From a virus: 46,760 nt of DNA. Shown here piece by piece: positions 40,193-46,760 of this stretch. Under the pieces are notes generated by a model, which did not search any database, was not told the DNA's origin, and saw only the letters and a program-made list of their open reading frames with translations. Position numbers and translations under genes: made by a program. Where the stretch lies: IMG/VR virus record IMGVR_UViG_3300025782_000022. One strand, 5' to 3'. Position 1 is the first letter of the stretch, and each line of letters begins with the position of its first letter.

Positions 40193-40651
40193 ATGAGTGA
40201 CCCCATTACAAACCCGCCATCCCTTACAGGTTTCGTTGCTTGGTCGCAAGCAGTAATGGGGCTTACTTCAGCCGTAATTAGCCCAACAGACCCAGGTTAT
40301 GCGTATGCGTACCAAATTGCCTTGGATATTGTTCCTCAAGATTTTTTAGTTCAAGTTCCAGATATTTATACGTTAACGGTTTACAACTGGGCGGGTTCAC
40401 AACTTCTTCAGTTCCAACAGGATTACGCAGGTCAAAACTTTTTTGCGAACGCAAGACAAGGCTACGGAATCAATAATTTCACCGCAGGAGTGATTAGTTC
40501 AGCTTCTGACGTATCAACAAGCGAATCCATAACTATCGGCAAGGGATTGCAAAACCTGCAACTGATGGATTTACAAAGAATTAAAGACCCATACGGTAGG
40601 ACTGCATTAGGATTTATGCAATCCATCGGAACATTGTGGGGCTTAACTTGA
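40193..40651 (+). CDS. Putative head-tail connector/neck protein (152 aa)
   Basis: Assignment by synteny only. Confidence 0.55.
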   Translation: MSDPITNPPSLTGFVAWSQAVMGLTSAVISPTDPGYAYAYQIALDIVPQDFLVQVPDIYTLTVYNWAGSQLLQFQQDYAGQNFFANARQGYGINNFTAGVISSASDVSTSESITIGKGLQNLQLMDLQRIKDPYGRTALGFMQSIGTLWGLT

Positions 40652-41061
40652 AACTGAACATCGGCGTTTTAGAAGTTCCAGAATTGGATTCGGACAAAAC
40701 AAGCTACGATGTTGCCGTAATTCTTGAAGAAAAATACGGTTTGTTTTCGGTTTATGCCGATCAATATGCCGAAGTAATGGCTCAACACATTAGCGAAGAT
40801 GTGGCGGGTTCGATGGAAACTTTTTTAATGACAGGTCGATTTCCTGCTGAACCGTTGCCGCAAGCCGCTGATGCAATTGGAAAAGATTTTCAGAAGTTTA
40901 TTTACACCAGGGAAGTCGAATCGGTTGGAATACCAGGCGTACCAACTCAAGCGGCTTTGATGGGCGTAAACAAGCGATTAAAGACAAAAAAGGGTGCAAG
41001 AAGACCGTCTTTCATAGATTCAGGAATCTTGGAATCCTCATTAAAAGCGTGGTTTGAATAA
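40636..41061 (+). CDS. Putative neck/head-completion protein (141 aa; start uncertain)
   Basis: Assignment by synteny. GTG or TTG start; TAATG coupling downstream. Confidence 0.55.
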   Translation: MGLNLKLNIGVLEVPELDSDKTSYDVAVILEEKYGLFSVYADQYAEVMAQHISEDVAGSMETFLMTGRFPAEPLPQAADAIGKDFQKFIYTREVESVGIPGVPTQAALMGVNKRLKTKKGARRPSFIDSGILESSLKAWFE

Positions 41062-42050
41062 TGGCAACAGTAGCTGAAACAATTACCGCAAAGACCCAAT
41101 TGGGTTCTGGTTTGCAAGATGGGGTTAATACTTTATCGGGCAATGAAACGGTTACTTTTACACTTTATGTAAAACTAATACTTCCATTGGACGGTTACGT
41201 TTTTTGGGTCAATGCAAGTCTTTTGAACGATTCAGCAATTTATAACGCCCTGACTTATGGGTTCGCTGAGTTTGACAATAAGGGTTCTACCCTACCCGCC
41301 AGGCAGTTAAACGTGAAAGGTTCATTTCACTTTAATACTGATATGCACCAAAGGGATGATAGATTTACGGCTTATAACCATATTCTGTTTACTTCCATGC
41401 AGATTATTCAGGACTTTAACCTGACAAGCCCAAATCTGATTTATGTGGCTACTTACGAAGGCGTTCAGTTTGCCTTTAGTCGCAAAGACAACTATTACAA
41501 ACAAGCCGATTTGTACCATTACAGGGGTGATGCGCTTTACTCCATCATGGATACGCAGTTAATCAATTCAATGACTGGATTTGATACGACAAGCGTTATT
41601 GTTAGTAATAGTTTGCCAATTTGGTTAACCTTGAATCAATTTTTCCCAATGTATCCAAGCTATTTGGTGGGGCAAAACTTAGCACCCCCTTATGCTTCTA
41701 TTGATATTGACCCAAGACAAACAACGGCAATTCAGCAATTTCCTTTGATTAATTCTGAATCCAATCCAAGTCAATTGGTTCACGATACGGTAAAAATTAC
41801 TATTTATGGTTTGCGCAATCACGATGCTTTGAATTTCGCAAATTATGTGTTCCAATATAGTCAAAATACTGATAATATCGGTATTATGAATATGCCAGTT
41901 ATTCAGGATGAAAAAGAAACTCAACCTGAATTTGGCATTATTGCGATGAAAAAATCAATCACTTTTGAAGTGAGTTATTACCAATCAACTGTTAATAATA
42001 TTGCTCAAAAAGCCATTGAAAGTGCATTTATGTCAGTTACGGTTAATTAA
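41061..42050 (+). CDS. Hypothetical structural protein (329 aa)
   Basis: Assignment by synteny. Confidence 0.6.
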   Translation: MATVAETITAKTQLGSGLQDGVNTLSGNETVTFTLYVKLILPLDGYVFWVNASLLNDSAIYNALTYGFAEFDNKGSTLPARQLNVKGSFHFNTDMHQRDDRFTAYNHILFTSMQIIQDFNLTSPNLIYVATYEGVQFAFSRKDNYYKQADLYHYRGDALYSIMDTQLINSMTGFDTTSVIVSNSLPIWLTLNQFFPMYPSYLVGQNLAPPYASIDIDPRQTTAIQQFPLINSESNPSQLVHDTVKITIYGLRNHDALNFANYVFQYSQNTDNIGIMNMPVIQDEKETQPEFGIIAMKKSITFEVSYYQSTVNNIAQKAIESAFMSVTVN

Positions 42051-42067
42051 TTTAAAGGAGAATCAAA

Positions 42068-42397
42068 ATGGCAGTAGGACAAGGACAACCATCAGTAATT
42101 AATGGTGCAACAATCACAGGCAGAGGAATTAAAAACGTCCTCAACATTTCAACAAACACATTGGTAAAAGGCTCACAAGGTCGCATCGCTAACGTAAACG
42201 TAACTACCGCAGGTTCTGGCGCAGGTGCAGTTTATGATGCCGCTTCTGTTGCAAGTATTACTACTGCAACTGCCGCTTCTAAATTGGTTGCAGTCATTCC
42301 AAACACAATTGGCGCATACTCAATTGATTTCCCATGCCTTACAGGTATCGTAGTTGAGCCTGGAACTGGTCAAGTTGTTTCTGTAAGCTACAACTAA
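42068..42397 (+). CDS. Hypothetical structural protein (109 aa)
   Basis: Strong SD aaaggagaatcaaa ATG. Confidence 0.6.
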   Translation: MAVGQGQPSVINGATITGRGIKNVLNISTNTLVKGSQGRIANVNVTTAGSGAGAVYDAASVASITTATAASKLVAVIPNTIGAYSIDFPCLTGIVVEPGTGQVVSVSYN

Positions 42398-42410
42398 TTA
42401 AGGAGGCATT

Positions 42411-43709
42411 ATGCCTAATATTGTTAATGTTTCGGTCACTCAGCAGGTTGCGAGTGCGCCATCAACTTTGCAAAGAACAGGTGCAATTGTTAGCCAAGGC
42501 GGTACAACCTTGGCTTCAGGTACTACTCAATTATTGACTTCAGTTAGCGGTTTAAATAGCATTTTAAGTGGTGCTATTACTCTTTCCGCTATGACTTGGA
42601 GTGCAAACGTAGTATCAGCAACAACTGCAACTCCTCATGGTATTCCAAACGGTCAAATAGTATCTGCAATAATTACTGGCGTAACTCCATCGGGTTACAA
42701 CGGCACTTATCAAATTACTTCAACTGGTGCTAATACATTTACTTATGCTTTAAGCGTTAACCCTGGTAGCTCAACTGTTCAGGGTGCGGTTACTTTGTCC
42801 GATGTTTCAGAATTGGTTGCACAAGTTACAACTTATTTTGCACAAGGCACAGGAAATGCGGTTTATGTACTAGAACTTGGAACTGGTTCACCTGCGGCGG
42901 GTGTAACGGCTTTAGAAGCCTACATTGCTAACCCAACGGTTAAGTTTTATAGTTACTTGTTACCTTTGCAGTGGGATGTAGAAACAACTGCGCCAACAAT
43001 GGCTAGGTTGTATGTCAGCACGACTTCTGAGTTATATTTCTATGTAACCACAACAACTGCTACTTACACCAATTGGACAGGTATCAAATCAGTATTTGCA
43101 ACACTTCAAACCCCAACTGCTCCAGTTACAGAATTTGATGCGGCGGCGATGTTTGCCATTACTTTGGGATACAACCCAGGTAGTTCCAACCTGGCTTCAC
43201 CGCTTGAGTACACATTCTTATATGGCGTAACTCCTTATTCAACTCTAACAAATGCGCAACAAACTTCTTTGAGTGCGGTAGGTGTAAACTGGGTTGGAAC
43301 AGGCGCACAAGGTCAAATTAGCAATACTTTGATTCAAACTGGTAGTTTCATGGATTTAAACCCATTTAACTATTGGTATTGCGTTGATTGGTTATCAATA
43401 AATGTCTCAATAGCACTTGCGGCGGCAATTATCAACGGTAGCAATACACCAACAAATCCTTTGTATTACAACCAAGCAGGTATAAATACCCTGCAAAAAG
43501 TTGCACAAGCTACGGTTAATAGTGGTATTTCTTTTGGTTTAATACTTTCACCCGCAACGGTCAATGCAGTATCATTCCAAACGTATATTACTCAAAACCC
43601 AAGCAATTATGCGGCAGGTATTTATAACGGTCTAAGTTGCACATTTGTGCCACTCAGAGGATTTACATCTATTACCATTTACTTGACTGCAAGTAATATT
43701 CCAGTTTAA
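42411..43709 (+). CDS. Tail sheath protein (putative) with inserted small beta domain
   Basis: 432 aa, directly upstream of the tube, chaperone and tape-measure genes. SD aaggagg. The insert MTWSANVVSATTATPHGIPNG...YNGTYQITSTGANTFTY is shared with baseplate proteins. Confidence 0.65.
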   Translation: MPNIVNVSVTQQVASAPSTLQRTGAIVSQGGTTLASGTTQLLTSVSGLNSILSGAITLSAMTWSANVVSATTATPHGIPNGQIVSAIITGVTPSGYNGTYQITSTGANTFTYALSVNPGSSTVQGAVTLSDVSELVAQVTTYFAQGTGNAVYVLELGTGSPAAGVTALEAYIANPTVKFYSYLLPLQWDVETTAPTMARLYVSTTSELYFYVTTTTATYTNWTGIKSVFATLQTPTAPVTEFDAAAMFAITLGYNPGSSNLASPLEYTFLYGVTPYSTLTNAQQTSLSAVGVNWVGTGAQGQISNTLIQTGSFMDLNPFNYWYCVDWLSINVSIALAAAIINGSNTPTNPLYYNQAGINTLQKVAQATVNSGISFGLILSPATVNAVSFQTYITQNPSNYAAGIYNGLSCTFVPLRGFTSITIYLTASNIPV

Positions 43710-43719
43710 GGAGCAATAA

Positions 43720-44163
43720 ATGTCAAATCCACAAGTCGTACAAGGTACACTAAATAGACTACTTGCAAGCGTAGTATTTGCCAACTTTACCAACCTAAAC
43801 GTAACTTCTGCTTACCTTGCAAAAGAAGCGATTAGCCTTGGTTTTGATGGCGACACTTCCCAGTTGATTGGCACTTTAACAGGTGCGGTTACAAGCCCAG
43901 AGCCTTACATTTACGGCACAGTAACCATGCACTTGTTAAGAACCCAAGCACTTGGAAACGCATACAAGCAACAAATTGAAACAAACACAACAATGGGTTC
44001 AGTTACTGTAATACCTGATTCTGTTGCTTTGAGTTCGTTCCAGTTGAACAATTGTGTTTTATCAAGTATTCAAGAAGTAGCTTTTGACGGTACACAAGCG
44101 GGTTTAATCGTTCGTTTGCGTGGCGTTTATAGTATCAACTCAAGTTTATTTGCAATCGGTTAA
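43720..44163 (+). CDS. Tail tube protein (putative)
   Basis: 147 aa, between the sheath and chaperone genes. Confidence 0.6.
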   Translation: MSNPQVVQGTLNRLLASVVFANFTNLNVTSAYLAKEAISLGFDGDTSQLIGTLTGAVTSPEPYIYGTVTMHLLRTQALGNAYKQQIETNTTMGSVTVIPDSVALSSFQLNNCVLSSIQEVAFDGTQAGLIVRLRGVYSINSSLFAIG

Positions 44164-44175
44164 AAAGGATAAATT

Positions 44176-44760
44176 GTGAAAATCGACAGAAATCTGAACC
44201 TAGTGATGCAAGTTCAGACTGGTCGAAACGGATTGGTTTATATTCATTCCGCTTCAATTAGTCGATCTGTATTTGAGCAGTTTTACCTTGAATTGGGCAA
44301 AGTATTTAGTCAATGCTTTGATTCAATTAACCAGGCGCATTTGGCTTTATCTGCTCCCCAACTTGCTTATCCTGCCTTGAAGTCTTTGGCTATAAAGGCG
44401 GGTAATTGGGATGGAAATGGTGGCGTTAAGTTTGGTTTGATTAATGAAATAGTCAGATTAACCAACGTCATTATGAGTACAGAAAAAGGATGGGAAACAA
44501 TTCCTTTTGACGTAGCGGTGAAAAGAGAAATCTTAGATGAAGATGAAGAAGCCGAAACTCTTTCATCCTTGGTTTTTTTTACTGCAATCTCCAAGGTTGC
44601 TCCGAAGGATTTGAAAAATTCTTTCTTGGAGATGGCAGGAGCGTTACGAAATTGGGAAATTTCATCCTTGGACTGTACGGCGTTTCAGAATGGCTTGCCG
44701 ATACAGACAAAGCCAGAAACTATTGGCAAGAAGGTGAAGGAATCATCCATCATTGCTTAG
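44176..44760 (+). CDS. Tail assembly chaperone, frame-0 product (G-like)
   Basis: GTG start after SD aaggat. It lies immediately upstream of the tape measure and contains the T8 slippery run. Confidence 0.7.
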   Translation: MKIDRNLNLVMQVQTGRNGLVYIHSASISRSVFEQFYLELGKVFSQCFDSINQAHLALSAPQLAYPALKSLAIKAGNWDGNGGVKFGLINEIVRLTNVIMSTEKGWETIPFDVAVKREILDEDEEAETLSSLVFFTAISKVAPKDLKNSFLEMAGALRNWEISSLDCTAFQNGLPIQTKPETIGKKVKESSIIA

Positions 44761-44882
44761 AAAAATTAAGTAATGCCTGGTTTGGTGAATTTATCAAGGA
44801 AAGTGGCGGCAAATGGACGGATGCTAATGAATACAGGAATCGTCATTTAATAAAAGCAATCAGTAATAGATCACTTTTTTAA
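44176..44882 (+). CDS. Tail assembly chaperone, -1 frameshift product (GT-like, about 235 aa)
   Basis: The -1 frame is open from 44547 to 44882. Slip at T TTT TTT (44574-44580), then YCNLQGCSEGFEKFFLGDGRSVTKLGNFILGLYGVSEW... Confidence 0.6.
44574..44580 (+). other. Slippery heptamer T_TTT_TTT for programmed -1 frameshifting
   Basis: Frame-0 codons GTT TTT TTT ACT (LVFFT). The X_XXY_YYZ pattern is in the correct phase. Confidence 0.6.
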
Positions 44883-44893
44883 AAGAGAGAAAA

Positions 44894-46558
44894 ATGGCAA
44901 CCAAAAGTGTTATTCAGATTGACGTTTTAGACGAATCTTTTAAGAAATTTCAACAAGCATTTGATAAATATCAAGCCGCACTTAAAAAAATGCCTGGTGA
45001 TTGGCAAAAGGTCAATCAGGCATCAGCAGGTGGCGCACAAGCGTTAAACAAGCACCTAGAAAAATCTTTAAAGAATCTGCAAGACTTTGATAAGAAAGTC
45101 AAAGATGCAAACAAAGATTTAAAAGAAACCGAAAAATCCACAAGTAATATTGCCCAAAACTTGGCTAATAGCGTTGTTTCGCTTGCCAGGTGGGTTACGC
45201 TAGGTTCAATTGGCGGTGGCTTTGGATTGGGCGCATTAGGCGCAAGCGCAAGCGATTACCGCAGACAAGCGCAAGGATTGGGTATTTCTACTGGCGGATT
45301 AAGAGCCGCAAACGTCAATTTGGGGCGTTATATCAACCCAGGACAGGTTTTAGGCAACATTGCTGATATACAGAATGACCTATCAAGAAGTCCGATTCTG
45401 AGCCGTTTAGGGCTTGTTGCAGGGCAAAATGCGGAACAAGCATTGCCAACAATTATCACCAATGCCATCAAGCTATTTAATCAGGGAGGAAAAACAAGCC
45501 AATTTGCTCAAGCAATGGGATTAACCCAAGTTTTCAGCTTAGAAGAATTGCGCCGTTTGTCTTCACTCAGCCAAAAAGAATTACAAGAAACTTTCAAAAG
45601 ATTAAAGCAAGACAGGGATACATTGTCGGTTGACGATGAGACAAGTCGCAAATGGCAGGATTTTTGGGTTCAACTCAAACGATCTGGTAATGATCTTGAA
45701 ACCAAATTAATTGACAAACTGGTTGCCCTTGCACCTGCTTTTGAAAAAGTATCCGAAGGAATTACAAAATTCATAACAAGTTTGCTTGATAGTCCAGATT
45801 TAAAAAAATGGATTGAAAACTTGGGTGAAAATATTGGTAAATTTGGCGAATATCTAACATCGCCTGAATTTAAGCAAGATGTTGCAGAATTTTACAATTC
45901 CATAAAAAGTTTTGGAATTACGGTGATGAACGCCGTCAATTTCATTCAGGATTTGCTTAAAACGCCTGAACAAAGAAATGCAGAATTAAAAGCAAAAGGA
46001 AAATTAACTCCTGAAACAATGAGTTATTCCATGTCAACAAGATTTGCTCAATTTTTGTACGAACATGGTCTTTATGCAAGCGGTCAACAAGATAGCCCTG
46101 AAATGGCTAGATTTAAACAGGAAATGGCAAAAACTTCGCCTACTGTCGGTTCAATAGCTGAAAGGTTTATGAATCCTGGTAATTTGAGAGTTCCTGGAAG
46201 TGCAACACAATTTCAAAAATTTTCTTCAAATGAGGAAGGATTAAGGGCAATGGCTAAACAATTATTACGCTACGAACGGCGTGATAATTTAGATACCGTT
46301 GAAGGTATTGTCAGCAAATATGCGCCATCTTCCGAAAATAATACTCAAGCCTATATTAAAAGTGTTTTGGCTAGAACTGGATTTGCGCCTGGTCAGCACT
46401 TAAACTTAGAAAATCCTGCGGTTCTTTCTAATTTAATGTCAGCTATGACAAAACAAGAAAACTCAAGAAGCAACTTTACCGCAAGTGATATTCAAAGAAT
46501 TTTAATTCAAGATTTTACTGGTGGTAATATAATTATAACAACCAATGGAATGAAGTGA
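44894..46558 (+). CDS. Tape measure protein
   Basis: 554 aa. Helical, K/E/Q-rich N-terminal half with a glycine/hydrophobic segment LGSIGGGFGLGALGASA. Position follows the chaperone pair. Confidence 0.7.
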   Translation: MATKSVIQIDVLDESFKKFQQAFDKYQAALKKMPGDWQKVNQASAGGAQALNKHLEKSLKNLQDFDKKVKDANKDLKETEKSTSNIAQNLANSVVSLARWVTLGSIGGGFGLGALGASASDYRRQAQGLGISTGGLRAANVNLGRYINPGQVLGNIADIQNDLSRSPILSRLGLVAGQNAEQALPTIITNAIKLFNQGGKTSQFAQAMGLTQVFSLEELRRLSSLSQKELQETFKRLKQDRDTLSVDDETSRKWQDFWVQLKRSGNDLETKLIDKLVALAPAFEKVSEGITKFITSLLDSPDLKKWIENLGENIGKFGEYLTSPEFKQDVAEFYNSIKSFGITVMNAVNFIQDLLKTPEQRNAELKAKGKLTPETMSYSMSTRFAQFLYEHGLYASGQQDSPEMARFKQEMAKTSPTVGSIAERFMNPGNLRVPGSATQFQKFSSNEEGLRAMAKQLLRYERRDNLDTVEGIVSKYAPSSENNTQAYIKSVLARTGFAPGQHLNLENPAVLSNLMSAMTKQENSRSNFTASDIQRILIQDFTGGNIIITTNGMK

Positions 46559-46565
46559 GGATTGT

Positions 46566-46760
46566 ATGAGTTCTTTTGGTCAAACCGCATTTCAAGCCGC
46601 ATACGAAATATCGCCCATTATTTTGCAAAATGGAATTGCGCAATTTATTCCTGGCGGATTGTTGCCGATTACTGTTTTGACTGAAATGTTTGATATTCCA
46701 GGAATTGAAGAAGGTCAATTTTTTGCGCATTACAAGCCTTTGCCTGGAAGCACATTAGCA
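46566..46760 (+). CDS. 5' part of a wrap-around tail/baseplate-module gene (continues at 1..544; about 203 aa once the overlap is collapsed)
   Basis: ATG at 46566 follows SD-like tgaggattgt, directly after the tape-measure stop. The frame runs open to the window end and is in phase with ORF 26..544 (46634 = position 1). Confidence 0.8.
   Translation, partial: MSSFGQTAFQAAYEISPIILQNGIAQFIPGGLLPITVLTEMFDIPGIEEGQFFAHYKPLPGSTLA
46634..46760. repeat. Second copy of the 127-bp closure overlap
   Basis: Same 127 bases as 1-127. Confidence 0.95.

Noticed and set aside
44654-44660. GGGAAAT as the slippery site for the chaperone frameshift
   Set aside because: The frame-0 codons are TGG GAA ATT, so the heptamer is out of phase. 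The in-phase T_TTT_TTT at 44574..44580 explains the open -1 frame.

Overview
The window is one complete, circularly closed dsDNA tailed-phage genome of about 46.63 kb. It has a contractile-tail (myovirus-type) gene set and is AT-rich by eye. Bases 1-127 are repeated at 46634-46760, so the window is one genome plus a 127-bp closure overlap. One tail-module gene (46566 -> 544) wraps the junction.

Layout:
- 1-13.25 kb, + strand: baseplate and spike genes and three tail-fibre genes. These include a collar-domain fibre with HxH motifs, a 1519-aa repeat-built fibre, and a fibre with a C-terminal S74-type chaperone.
- 13.25-16.1 kb, + strand: lysis block with small membrane proteins, a holin-like protein, an embedded Rz/Rz1-type spanin pair, a GH108-type endolysin and a small zinc-finger protein.
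- 16.2-22.6 kb, - strand: early block with Bet/RecT and a YqaJ-type exonuclease, a tandem paralog array and many small ORFs.
- 22.65-22.95 kb: divergent control region with a 53-aa Cro/YdaS-like HTH gene that is below the ORF-track cutoff.
- 23-26 kb, + strand: DUF1376-type replication-associated protein, VRR-NUC-like nuclease and HNH nuclease.
- 26.3-29.5 kb: terminase small and large subunits, then portal.
- 29.5-34.3 kb: a roughly 4.8-kb accessory island.
- 34.3-46.6 kb: MuF/SPP1-gp7-like protein, an 815-aa multidomain head protein with an embedded Nudix box, major capsid, neck genes, sheath, tube, frameshifted tail chaperones and tape measure.

I saw no integrase, CI-type repressor, tRNA or CRISPR array.

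Most interesting observations:
- The accessory island splits the portal / MuF pair. It holds two paralogs with an EHPRD-xx-GKF leader, one of them fused to a zeta-toxin-like P-loop domain. It also holds three copies of a promoter-like element whose inverted repeats co-vary, eight small ORFs with a near-identical initiation cassette, and a terminal small HTH gene.
- A Nudix domain sits inside the head protease/scaffold-like polyprotein.
- An A9 homopolymer splits a membrane-protein gene in the lysis block.
- A T8 slippery run gives a lambda G/GT-like -1 frameshift in the tail chaperone.

All functional calls rest on motif recognition by eye. No database search was possible.
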